Part shown: piece by piece, positions 12,551 to 25,900 of the stretch
Layout of the letters: each line of letters begins with the position of its first letter
Numbering within the stretch: the first letter of the stretch is position 1
From: the human T2T-CHM13v2.0 reference genome, Homo sapiens
Direction: 5' to 3' (one strand)
Assembly: GCF_009914755.1 (NCBI RefSeq)
Contig: NC_060931.1
Length of the DNA: 64,000 bases
Notes under the pieces: model-generated
Seen by the model: only the letters and a program-made list of their open reading frames with translations
Database searches by the model: none
What the model was told of the DNA's origin: nothing
Position numbers and translations under genes: made by a program

Positions 12551-14545
12551 GGCCAAGCATGGTGGCTCATACCTGTAATCCCAGCACTTTGGGAGGCTGA
12601 GGCAGGAAGATCATTTGAGCCTAGGAGTTTGAGACCAGCCTGGGCAACACAGGGAGACTAAAAATTCAGCTAAAAATTAGCTGAGTGTGGTGGCCTGCCT
12701 GTAGTCCTAGTGTCATGGGACTTTTGAGGTATTGCTTTGCCATCCAGAAATCTCTGTAGCCAGTGGCACCTTTGCCTGAGTTTTGCTTGGACTTGCTGGG
12801 CTCATTCTGCCCACTCGGCCTGGCAGGCTGTACTCAGCTATAACTACCAGCCTGGATCCCATGCCTGCCAAAAGCAAGCCAGGCACAGAGCAGCAAAGGG
12901 TGTGTGAGCGAGCACTCAGTCCAGCCACTGTGCACAGACAGGCATACCAGCTGCAGTGGGGTGGGCAGCTCCAGGCACTGGCACAGGTGCCAGCTCCCTG
13001 TTAGGCTGTGGCTGGACCAGGTGTACCACAAGCAGCTTCCGTGGCTGGCACTGGGAAACATGGTGGCACCTGGAAGCTTGGAGATGCCAGGAACCACAGA
13101 GCCTGAAAGAGGGTGTCACAGCCCTGGCTTGGGGATCTCCTAGGTCTGTGCTCCCCAAAGGGCTGCAGCTCTTCTATCATTTTGTCTTCTCTCCTTGTCG
13201 CCTGCAAAGTGGCGAGTCAGGGGCATTTCAGCCCTGTTTGTGTTACAGCTTTTTTAGCCCCACCATTCAGCAGGACTTGAGTTCTTATCCTGTATCCAGG
13301 AAGAATGAGGTACACAGACAAGTGGAAGGTGAGCAAGGCAAAGAGGAGCTTTATTGAGTGATAAAACAGCTCAGAGGAGACCTGCAATGGGTAGCTCTTC
13401 TCTGCAGGCAGGGTGTCCCAGTGAGTGTTCAGCTCTCAGCAGAGATGAGACCATGGAGTAGGTAGCTCCTCTCCACAGCTGATTGTTGTGTTGTCTTCCC
13501 AGCTCTCAGCAGAGAGGAGACCCTGGAGTGGGCAGCTCCTCTCCACAGCTGGCAGGTCATTGTCCCCTCGAGTCTGGCTGAGTCTGGGGCCATTTTAGGC
13601 CTTAGAGGGGAGGAAATGCATCCAATTTGTCCATGGGTGGCCATGGGTGGGCCCAGAAAAAGCACCACAAGTTCCCACTTCGGTCCATGGGACCGGCAGC
13701 CTGGCCCCAGGCTTCAGACACTCTGCAGTTTGAAGGTGGGGTTTCACCGAGGTCTTGCCCATTTCCACCCAGGAGCCTGTCTGCCTCCTGCTGCCATTCA
13801 TAGCGCCTAGGCTGTTCATGCTGAGGGGCACCTGCAGGCCAGCGCTGAGTTGCCCTCACACCCCCTCAGTCTCCCTCCCATGCTCATCAGCACCCAAAGT
13901 CCACAGGGGGCCAAGGTACCAGACGGCTGGCATGTGTCAGTGCTGCCCCAAGTGTGCACACACCTTGCCATGTGTGACAGCACCCGGTCTTGGCCCCAAC
14001 CTCACTCCGAGATCGGAGCAGGTGCCAGGAGTGGGGAGAAGCCAGGCAGTGGGAGCAGATGCCTCTGAGTCTGTGGGGGCAGGGAGGCCTTCCTGGGCCC
14101 CCCAGAGCACAGGGAGGCCTTCCTGGGCCCCCCAGAGCACAGGGAGGCCCAGGTCTGTAACTGTGGCTGAATGGCTGCAGCTGTGTCCAGGATGGCAGGG
14201 CTCCTGCCTGCTCCCAACCCCCAAGAGCACAGGGAGGCCCGGGTCCGCAGCCACGGCTGGGCGGCTGCAGCTGTACCCAGGAGGGTGCGTTCTTGGCTTC
14301 CGCTGGCTCTGTGGAGCATGCAGCCCAGCCACACCTCCCCCACTGCAGCTAGATTCTTGGCAGTGGCTGCTTCAGGCAGGCCACTGCTGCCATCACCAGC
14401 TACTCAGGAGGCTCAGGTGGAAGGATTGCTTAAGCCAGGAAGACTATGAGGCTGCACTGAGTCATGATTGCACCACTGCACTCCAGCCTAGGGGATGAAG
14501 TGAGACCCTGTCTTAAAAAAATTAAAATTTAAATTAAAAAAAGTA
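12551..14545 (+). mobile_element. AluJ-like SINE split by a MER52 insertion (arms 12551-12710 and 14396-14545)
   Basis: GCCTGTAGTCCTAG at the left junction resumes as CCAGCTACTCAGGAGGCT at the right. Confidence 0.85.
12711..14395 (-). mobile_element. MER52 (MER52A/C-like) solo LTR, 1685 bp
   Basis: Minus strand TGATGGCAGCAGTGGCC...CCCATGACA with TG..CA termini; 4-bp near-TSD CTAG/CCAG. Confidence 0.85.
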
Positions 14546-15433
14546 AAAGAATTGGACATCATTAACAGAACACTTGCTCATGAAAAGATACAAGACAGTG
14601 AAAAAGAAAACTACAGAATGGAGAGAAGATACTTGCAATATATGTATATATATATAAAATATATACTACATATACAATATATACTATATATATATATCTC
14701 TTACAAACGACTTATATCTAGCATATATACAGAATTTCTACAAATTAATAAGGAGACACAGACAACCCAGTTAAATGATAAGTAAAACATTTGAACTTCA
14801 CTAAAAAGGATATTAAAATCCAAAATAAACAGGAAAGATACTCAATATCATTAGTCAGCAGAGAATTACAAATTAAAAATTACAATGAGATAACACTTCA
14901 AATTCAAAATAGTGTCAATATGTACAATGCTTTAGAAAAATGTTTCAGAGTATTTTATAAAACTAAACATGCATCTACCCCATGATCAACAATTCCACCT
15001 CTAGGAATGAGTGCATATGTTCCACAAAAGACATGTAAAATAACAGAGATGTAAAATGATACTCATAAAAACTTTATTCATAATAGCCAAAGATTGACTA
15101 CAACTCAAATTTCTATCAATACTTGAATTAGAGTTTGTAGTCATACAATAGAGTACTACAGAAAAATGAAAGATTATGAACTACTACTGCATGCAATGAT
15201 ATTAATGAATCTTCCAGATAAAATATTGAGGAAAATAATCAGAAACAAAAGAATACATAATGTATTCTCCATTTATGGGAAGCTCAAAATAGATAAGACT
15301 TATCTAGGGTACTAGAGGTCAGAATACTGGTTATATCTGGGAGGGGGTCTTATTAGGAATAATTAAATAAGCAATTGAAGATATTAAATAATACCACAAA
15401 TACAAAAATCACAACTCAGAAAACAGATGATCA

Positions 15434-16252
<819 letters not shown>

Positions 16253-16676
16253 CTAGGACTAATTGTAAAACTATAATCAAGAAAACTTTCCTGAGGAAAA
16301 AAAAAAGTTCTGAATCTACATATGGTAAAGAGACAGCACATGTATGAAAAATAGACCGCAAAAGATATCTTAACAAATTATTGTAATTTATAGAACACTA
16401 AAGCCCAGACTTCACCACTACACAATATATCCATGTAACACAACTGCACATGTACTCTCTAAATCTATAAAAATAAAAATAAATGATCAGTAATGATGGC
16501 CCAATGGATACCTTCCAGAAGAAATGGAATCAGTCTTCCCCCTTGTGGATAACTAGCAAAAGTACCTTATTTTCCCCACTAAAAGTTACATGTTAGAGTT
16601 TTGAGGGAACCACAGGCTATGTGTTTTTTCCTTCTCATCTAAAGGTAATAGGAAGTCATTTTATATAAAATTTGTG

Positions 16677-16997
16677 AGCCAGACACGGTGGCTCATGCCT
16701 GTAATCCCAGCACTTTGGGAGTCCAAGGCAGGCAGATCACTTGAGCCCAGGAATTAGAGACCAGCCTGGGCAACATGGTGAAACCCCTTCTCTACTACAA
16801 ATACAAAAAATTAGCTGGGTGTGGTGGCACATGCCTGTAGTCCTAGCTACTCAGGAGGCTGAGGTGGGGGTTTCACTTGAGTCTGGGAGTTATAGGCTGC
16901 AGTGAGCCCTCCTGGAACCAGCACCAATGAACTACAGCCTGGGCCACGGAGTGAGACCCTGTCTCAAAAAAATATATATATAATAATAAGAAATTAA
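16677..16997 (+). mobile_element. AluJ-like SINE
   Basis: Alu body with CACTTGAGCCCAGG and GGCTGCAGTGAGC; flanking AAATTTGTGA repeat. Confidence 0.88.
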
Positions 16998-18172
16998 ATT
17001 AAATTTGTGATAAAGTACACATATCTCTGTAATAGCTAGCTGGCTTTATGACTGGTATTTTAAAATAGCACAATTTTTTAAAAAGTAAAATGAGTCAAAG
17101 AGAACAAAATGGAGGAACATTTACAAGAAAGCAAGGAAAGTGTGAAGTGAGGCTTCTATAACCAAGCAAGATTCCTTCACATATCCAAGCTATGGAGAAA
17201 CAGTTTTGAACATGCTGGAACTCAGGGGATGCTGACCCATGAGCTTTTTTCAAGAAACCTGACACCTGGGAAAACTGGTGAAACAAGATTAATAGTGAGT
17301 GTTTAATATATTTAACTGAAGATCTAAGACTAAACCAAAGGTAAGATAAGAATCAAAGGATGATATAGAAACATGTTCTCTGACAAAGTCAGAAAAAAGC
17401 ACAACCTAAAAAAAGAAAGAGAGGGAAAAGCATAATTAGCTCAATGATTTACTTACAAAAGTTGGGAAACAAATGACATCATTTCAAGCTACCAAAAAAA
17501 AAAAGCAGAAGCTTAAATATATTTAGGTGCACAGAGTGCAAGTAAAGAAAGAGAATATGCATTATTCTAATCATTAAAATTGAATGGCAGAGAAAGGAAG
17601 GAAAGAGGAGTTTGCAAAACAAATTATATTCTTCTTGCTTACAGTAGAGACCCAGTCAATATTATCTAAAGGAAAGAAGGAAGAATGGGTATTATAAAAA
17701 CGTCAGTACTAATACAAAAGTTCAAACATTTCCAATTATCAAAAGCAAAAAACAGAACAGAAAAACTAAGAAAACAGAACACATGGCAAAAGTTTTTTAT
17801 AACTCTTTTTGAAAAAAATGAAGCATTTTTTAATGCCAGAACTGGGTATAAACATGTGGTGAGAGCTTATAATTTTATGTTGCCTTGGCATCCATCTTAA
17901 AATATGTTTTAACTTTCTCATACCAGAAGCAGGGCTCAGTCAGCCTTGACACCGTTTCTAATACTATTCCCCACTGGAATGGCTCCAGTTGGTGGCCAGA
18001 GATACTGCTTCATTTCAAGGAACCATTCAGACATTTGCCTGCAAACTTAACGTGACCGCCTCTCAGTCAGGGGGACCTCCTGGAACCAGTGCCTGCTTGC
18101 TTTAAATTCAACAATTAAACCTGTTTGGATAACACTCTGAACCCAATAAAGGTATTGGTCTACGGGTCCCTT

Positions 18173-18216
18173 CTCTCTCTCTCTCTCTCTCTCTCTGCCT
18201 GTACTCCTTGGTGTGT

Positions 18217-18266
<50 letters not shown>

Positions 18267-18279
18267 CGCGCGCGCGCGC
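18173..18279. repeat. Compound microsatellite (CT)n...(GT)n(GC)11
   Basis: (CT)n 18173-18196; uninterrupted purine-pyrimidine alternation 18218-18279. Confidence 0.97.
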
Positions 18280-18498
18280 CCGCGCTCCCTCCAGGATCTG
18301 TAAGTACCAAAAACGCTTAAACTTTCACACTGCGGTTGTGTCACTGAAGCAGTGCCTGAAATCTAATCCCTGAGTGTGACGCCGCCCCAAAGGGCCCCAA
18401 GCAGGTAGATCCCATGCTGATGCTCTTTTATCCTGGCCTCTCAGCTGTTGAGGAGAGTAATTGCCGGGCTAAACTGATAAAGTTTCATTCCAAACAAT

Positions 18499-18516
18499 TA
18501 GCCTAGTCTGCAGGAT
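18499..18516 (+). promoter_or_regulatory. Degenerate tRNA-Ser primer binding site
   Basis: TAGCCTAGTCTGCAGGAT versus TGGCGTAGTCGGCAGGAT (15/18), 2 nt after the LTR-terminal CA. Confidence 0.7.
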
Positions 18517-18519
18517 TGC

Positions 18520-19270
18520 AGTCGCGGCTTGGACGCCATCCCGGTGTCTGTCCCCCGCAGAGGGCTTGCTACCTTGCTGTATCAGCTGGCCCAGCAGGTC
18601 TGGGGCCGCGCGCTGCTTACAGGCGCTGGATCTCGCTGCTCGTCGCTGCGCGCTACTAGGTCCTGCTGTCGTCCGAGTCGCCTCCGGGACTCTCCGGAAT
18701 TGTAGCGGCTGTAGCCGGCTCCTTGCCTGCGGCGCGGAGGGCAGGTCCCAGTGGTAGGAGGATGTGTTCCCTTTGCAGAATCAGACCCCCTCCTGGGACT
18801 GTGGGGACCCTCTGTCGCCGGCCTCCATTGGAGGATGCGTTGTCCCTGGAGCTGGGTGCGCTGTTGCGTGACCTGGGGCCTGGGTGGTGGGCGGGCCTGT
18901 CCATGGCAAAGGGCACGGCTGCGCGCTACTTCCCGAGAACCCGCCAGCAGGCTCTTGGGAAGCAGCGATTTCTCCTTAGTCACAGTCAGAGAGGGTGATG
19001 CGACACACTGGGCTTCACTGTGCTCGTGAAGCGGAGCCAGGGTGAAAGGATCATATGGCCTAACCCTAACCCTAATGGGAGTAACTTCACCTGCGTCCCA
19101 CAGGCCCCGCAAGAGTGACGCTGCCAGGCAGGCGCCGCCCTGTTCGGTTCCTGCTGCTGTCGCTCCTCGCTCCCCACCACCTCCAGAGCTCCGGTGGGTC
19201 ACCATGGAAAGGGAAGCCGCTGCCTGCAAGGCCAGCAGACACAGAGGTCACCCTCCAATTTTTTCGGGTA
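18520..19270. promoter_or_regulatory. Orphan CpG island
   Basis: GC-rich with dense CpG in an otherwise CpG-depleted region; no coding gene start within 20 kb in this window. Confidence 0.8.
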
Positions 19271-19599
19271 ACATTCTGTAAGGACAGAACACCAGGAGGC
19301 TACTCCTACCACCAGGAGCATGTCAGGTAAACATCCAGAGAGATGAAGGAAGAAAAAATTTTATTTTAGCCACCAAGAAATACAAGCCGTTCTAAAGATT
19401 ATACTTAAAAGAAAAAAAAAACAAAAAAAGGAAGGAAAAAGGGGACCGATGATCTTGCAATCACGGAAGTTGTAGAGAGCTGGCTGCCTAGAGACACTGT
19501 GCCCTTCCCTCCTCCCTCTTTTCCTCTTATCAACCAGAGGCAGAGACTAAGAATGCCTTCAAGCAACTAAAGCCTAAAATAAAAAAGAAAGAAAAGAGG

Positions 19600-19607
19600 A
19601 AGAGGGA

Positions 19608-19653
<46 letters not shown>
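19600..19653. repeat. (GA)n microsatellite
   Basis: Seen directly. Confidence 0.95.
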
Positions 19654-19658
<5 letters not shown>

Positions 19659-22600
19659 GCTTTATGCTATTACAAGTCCAAGAAAAAAAAAAAAAGAGAT
19701 GAACTTTAAACTTTAAATACTTAGCAGCTGCCAGGTCTAGCAAACATGCTAGCCCTAGATCACTTACTGATTTATAAACAAACCCCTAGATACAGAGGGG
19801 GAAAAAGGTAATTAAATAAAAGTTATATATAATATTTTAACATAAATATATGTTGATAAATGGTGTATATGATATATTTGCATCTTTTGATATAGTTAGA
19901 AGTTCATAATGCATATAGCAATTTATATATCAAAGAATTTACATAACAAAAAGATTAAAAAGGACACGTACTGGCTTTGTGCTTCTACAAGGTCAGTTCT
20001 AATTTAACTTTAACAATTTGTTAAAATGCACTAACAAAAATGCATGGACTTAATATTGGGGCTCAAATTATATTTATACCTGGGGAATTCCACTAAACTT
20101 AAACACTCTGCCCATGTAATCTTGAGCAGGTAACTGAATATAATATTTTGTAAATGAATATGCCTTGCATATTCATTTGTAGCATGGCCTAAATTTCCCA
20201 TAGTTATATATCCATTGCTGTAAGATATTCTATATTAGGCAGAGATGCTCTGACACAATAAATAACAAATTAAAATTAAAGTAAGTCTTTGGCACTTACA
20301 AATTGACTTAATAAAATGGAACCCCTTGTACCCCCAGTTAATATAGTTAATATGGCCCAAAGTAAGTTGAAATGGATTAAAACCAATTCTAAAAAACCTA
20401 TTAATAAAGGCGTGATTATTCCCACTTCCCCATTTAACAGCCCTTTCATTAGGGCCCCTATATCCAATACCTAATATTATTAAAATTGCTGATTCCGTTC
20501 AATCAACAACTGGTAAATATTTTGCTCTTGTGGATTTGGCTAACGTGCTGTTTCAATAGCGTCTTCACTGCAGTTCGCCTCCTCCTCTAAAAGAACACAG
20601 TACACCTTTTCAGACCTCTGCAGCTGTGTCATCACATGCAATCTTTAATTAATCTTAACGACATCCACCTTCTCCAGGAGCACTGGTATGAGAGTACATC
20701 CAGGACATTCTCAGCCAAGGAGACTCACTTAATACATACATTGATGACATTCGAGACCAATATTTCTTAGTACTTTTGGGTTTTGGTGGCAACATATTCC
20801 TCATTTATAAATTTTACTTCTAAATTAAAGTCTACAGACACTCCTGTAAGTGACTTCTTAAAAAAAAAAAAAGCCTTTACTGTAGAGTCTTCTCAACCTT
20901 TTCAAATGCCTCCTGCAATCTCTGGATATTTAGGATAGCTATCAGTTGCCCCAGGATTTCTGATACGAGATATTGCCCCTGTTGGCCTCATGCTATACAG
21001 CATTAATACAATAGATGACTGGCCCCCACTTACTGGGCTGTCCCAGAAATAGAGGCTCTCCCAGACCCTGAGCCTGTGACCCTCTATACCCAGCTGCCCA
21101 TTATGCTTTGGGCCATGGAAACAGACCCCACAAGCTCAACACAGCTACTGAGGCTCCCTAAGACAGATGGGAACAAACCTGGGTCCTCTGGTATATTCTA
21201 CCCACAGGAGGGTATAGCTTCCCCTGTTCTAAGCCCCTTGCCAGACGCCAGGGTGCTGGAGGATGACATCCCTCCCCTAAACCCCTTGACTACTAGGAAG
21301 CCCTGTGGATTAACTGAGTGACCAGTAAAGGGAGTTCATAGACTATGTGAATGGCACTGCCAGCCCCTGTGCATGGTGGAGCCTAGTGGAATGTGCTGCT
21401 TTCCATTCCTTAGCCAGGATGTCCCTAATAAAGGATGGGGCCCAAATACAACGCACGTGGCCAAAACTCCAGGTGGTCATCTTAGCACTGGATACCCTGG
21501 TCAACAACTGGTCCTGTCTTCATGTTTATTATAAACTATTAGGCCATTACTGAAAAATTGGCCCCTCAAGGATAAAAAAAAAAAAAAGAAAAAGAAAATC
21601 TCTGGGAATCTCTTACTTCGCACTCACCCAAAACATAAATTAGAATCATACTTCTCCACTTAGAGTTGAGGCCACAATGCAAGGCCGTGCTAGCCATGCC
21701 TTATTCCCTTCAGAGTCATGGCTGTTACTAACAGTAACCAAGGCACACAATTCACTTCTTAGAACACATCATGCTGGGCTCCTGAGGAACATTCAATAGA
21801 ACTTTCATGTCCATGACAGGTCCCAAATGACTGGTCTCAATAAGAGACATCATGATGGTTTAAACAACTCGTTTTCAAACTTCAATACCACAAATAAACT
21901 AAAGTTCTCTAGTTTGCCCCTGGCCTTAACCTACTTTTTTTTAACAATTTTTTTATCTTGTCCCCATCCCTTAAGGTCTGTAGGTCAGATCAAGGACATA
22001 GACTCTCCTGGGACTCATTAACCATATATTGTCCCACAGGCCTGGCAGCTGCTCATCTTATATGAAACCCATTTGAACCTAAATGTCCACCCAAAACAAA
22101 ACCCTGTCAGGTGCAGCTGCACACCATTTCTTTGATTGTTGGTCTTATTACTATCAGTTTGGGTGCTTTCATTGGTTTACAACTGGACACCCAAACCCTC
22201 CAGTAGTAGATCATTGTTTCAACCAGTTATGACAAATGCTGAGGCCCGCACCAACTCAGGTGCCTACCCATTGAGACATCTCAGTCTCACCTCCTGGAGG
22301 ACACTGCCCCAACTCAAGACCTCAGCGTTGGAGATGACTTTGCTCCCTGTGCCAGACATGGCTTCACTCTGGACACTAAAATCTCCCCCCAGTGATACTC
22401 ACAGACTGCCTCTCCAAAAGCAGAAAACGCACATTTATTATTTTTCTTCCTGAACTCACTGTCTACCTGATCCTGCTATACTTCTTACTCTCTGCTACCT
22501 CCACACTCCCATACCTAAAGGGAACTCATAATACAGGTTACTAAAATGAATGAAGATTATTGCCTTTCCCAGGAGACACCAGCCCCATGTCAGTCAATCG

Positions 22601-22948
22601 TGTGGCTCCCTGGGGAGATGACCACCTACTCCCTGAAATCTTTCCTACTAAGCCCCTCCAGTTTTCACCACAATCTCTCACCCTGCATCTCCGAACATCA
22701 CCACTATGATCCCTCTCTCCCCTTACTCTTGAGAAATCTCCAGCACTCAACCACAACTGCCTTAATTTTGAATAAGATGCTGAGGCACCAAGAGGTGAAT
22801 TGCAGTGGATTTCATTCAAAATGAAACCTGAAGCCATATATGGACTTAACTGACCAATTAAATATCATGATTTTCAAATTTGATCACATAGCAAAACTCA
22901 AACCTGTGCGATAAAACAAGAGACATATTTAAAATATAATAACTCCAA

Positions 22949-25900
22949 GGACTAGATTGCAGCTCTGGACAGAGCAGCATGCGGAGGCTTGCGCTGTGAA
23001 TTTTAGCTCCAGATCAACTGCAAGTAAAAACCAGCAATCCCAAGAGGACCCACAGACCCTCTGAAGGAAGTAGGCTGCTCCTGCAGGATCCGGGAGACAC
23101 CCCAAATACTGTGAGTGCCCCAACTGTGGAAGTGGGAAAGGGTGACCCTCCTCTCCCAAATACATATCCTCACTGGAGAAGCTGAAGATCTGTTTGCAGG
23201 AGAAGTTTCTGACTTTACCTGGAGCTGAGTCAGGTTAGAGAGCTGAGCAAAGTGCAGGGGTAGAGGAAGCAGCAGAAAGGCCCTGGGAGCTCTCTGGGTC
23301 CCCAGGCAGCCCATTCCTGCCTGGCACCACAGCGATCCATCGGGAGGTTGGCCAGAGGAACAGGGGGGTAAACCTCCACAGGGAGAAGGAATTCTCTACC
23401 CGAACTTTGTAACAGTTTGAATGGGGGAGAAGCCTCCTGGCCAGAACTCAGTGGGAGGGCACAAATTGGGCATGTAGAATTCACAGGCCAGGAAGAACTA
23501 AAGTCCTTTTCTCTCACAGCTGGGAGGCAGATAGCCTCGGGCAAATTTTCAAGCCAGTCTTGCCTTCACCTGGAAATGGACTCAGGATGTTAGGGGGGTG
23601 CATGGACTCAGGATGTTGGGGGGTGCACGGTGGGAGTGAGACTGGCCCTTCAGTTTCCATGGGAGCCGGCAAAGGCCTGCCATTGCTGGCTTTCCCCCAC
23701 TTCCCTGACAACCTGCATGACTCAGCAGAGGCAGCCATAATCCTCCTAGGTACACAGCTCCACAGCAGCTGCAGCAAGACTGGCCCAAGGAGAGTCTGAG
23801 CTCAGACACCCCTAGCCCCACCCCCACCTGATGGTTCTTCCCTACCCACCCTGGTAGCAGAAGACAAAGGGCATATAATCTTGGGAGATCTAGGGCCACA
23901 CCCACCGCTGGTCCCTCTCCACAATACTACATACAGCTAACGCTTTCTGGAAAGCACCACCTCCTGGCAGAAGGCCAACCAGCACAAAAATAGAGCACTA
24001 AACCACCAAAGCTAAGGACCCTCAAGGAGTCAATTGCACTCTTTGCCAGCTCCACCAGAACAGGTGCTGGTATCCACGGGTGAGAGACTGATAGATGGTT
24101 CTCATCACAGGACTCTGTGCAGACAACCCCCAGTGCCAGTCTGGAGCCAGCAGACTCACTGGGTGGCTAGACCCAGAAGAGAGACAACAATCACTGCAGT
24201 TTCGCTCACAGTAAGCCACATCCATAAGAAAAGGAGGTGAGTACTACATCAAGGGAACACCCCGTGAAACAAAAGAATTTGAATAACAGCCTTTAGCCCT
24301 AGACCTTCCCTCTGACAGAGGCAACCCAAGTGAGAAGGAACCAGAAAACCACCCAGGTAATATGACAAAACAAGGCTCTTCAACACCCCCAAAAAAATCA
24401 CCGTAGTTCACCAGCAATGGATCCAGACCAAGAAGAAATCCCTGATTTACCTGAGAAAGAATTCAGGAGGTTAGTTATTAAGCTATTCAGGGAGGGACCA
24501 GAGAAAGGTGAAACCCAATGCAAGGAAATCCAAAAAATGATACAAAAAGTAGAGGAAGAAATATTCATGGGAATAGGTAGCTTAAAGAAAAAACAATCAA
24601 AGACTCAGGAAACTCTGGCCACACTTTTAGAAATGTGAAATGCTCTGGAAAGTCTCAGCAATATAATTGAACAAGTAGAATAAAGAAATACAATATCACA
24701 ATCCAACAAAGACAAAGAAAAAAGAATAAGAAAATATGAACAAAGCCTCCAAGAAGTCTGGGACTATGTTAAACAACCAAACTTAAGAATAATCGGTGTA
24801 CCTGAGAAAGAAGAGAATTCTAAAAGCATGGAAAACATATTTGGGGGAAGAATTGAGGAAAACTTCCCCTGCATTGTGAGAGACCTAGACAGCCAAATAA
24901 GAGCAAGAACACCTGGGAAATTCATCACAAAAAGATCTTCACCGAGGAACATTGTCATCAGGTTATTCAAAGTTAAGACGAAGGAAAGAATCTTAAGAGC
25001 TGTGAGACAGAAGCACCAGGTAACCTATAAAGGAAAACCTACCAGATTAACAGCAGATTTCTCAGAAGAAACCCTACAATCTAGAAGGGATTGGGGGCCT
25101 TATCTTCAGCCTCCTCAAACAAAACAATTATCAACCAAGAATTTTGTATCCAGCAAAACTAAAGCATCATATATGAAGGAAAGATACAGTCATTGTCAAA
25201 CAAACAAATGCTGAGAGAATTTGCCATTACCATGCCACCACTACAAGAACTGCTAAAAGGAGCTCTAAATCTTGAAACAAATCCTGGCAGCACATCCAAA
25301 CAGAACCTCTTTAAAGCATAAATTACACAGGACCTATAAAACAAAAATACAAGTTAAAAAGTACAAACAACATACAAAAACCAAAGTACACAGGCAAAAA
25401 GGGCATGATGAAAGCAACAATACCTCACATTTCAGTACTAACATTGAATGTAAATGGCCTAAACGCTCTACTTAAAAGATACAAAACAGCAGAATGGATA
25501 AGAACTCACCAACCATCTGCTGCCTTCAGGAGACTCATCTAACACATAAGGACTCACATAAACTTAAAGTAAAGGGATGGGGAAAGGCATTTCATGCAAA
25601 TGGACACCAAAAGTGAACAGAGGTAGCTATTCTTATATCACATAAAACAAACTTTAAAGCAACAGCAGTTAAAAGAGACAAAGAGGGACAACATATAATG
25701 GTAAAAGACCTTCTCCATCAGGAAAATATCACAATCCTAAACATATATGCACCTAACGCTGGAGCTCCCAAATTTTTAAAACAATTACTAATGGTCTTAA
25801 GAAATGAGATAGAAACAAAATAATAGTGGGAGACTTCAATGTTCCACTGACAGCACTGGACAGGTCATGAAGACAGAAAGTCAAAAAACAAACAATGGAT

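Larger units (their letters stand above)
9770..15345 (+). mobile_element. Ancient L1M (L1MC/ME-like) ORF2 and 3' end, interrupted by LTR8A, AluJ and MER52
   Basis: A-rich degenerate ORF2 segments at ~9770-11800 and ~14550-15345, e.g. GGAAAACTCAATGTTGTTAAGATGTCAGTTCTCCC. Confidence 0.75.
17855..22830 (+). mobile_element. Decayed class III (ERV-L/HERV-S-like) provirus: 5' LTR plus internal region, no 3' LTR
   Basis: LTR-like TGTGG...AAACA (17855-18496), Ser-type PBS, then collinear remnants: protease LNIGAQIIFIPG (~20049), RT SPFNSP / KYFALVDLAN / YIQDIL / FGFWWQHIPHL (20420-20810), RNase H (21347-21553), integrase SNQGTQFTS (~21730). Confidence 0.8.

Noticed and set aside
13755-14498. 247-aa ORF and overlapping ORFs at 12.7-14.5 kb and 7.8-8.8 kb
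   Set aside because: They lie almost wholly within GC-rich MER52 LTR or Alu sequence, and the internal peptide repeat is just the 30-bp DNA duplication
18582-19229. 215-aa minus-strand ORF in the orphan CpG island
   Set aside because: No homology or domain recognisable; expected from GC content
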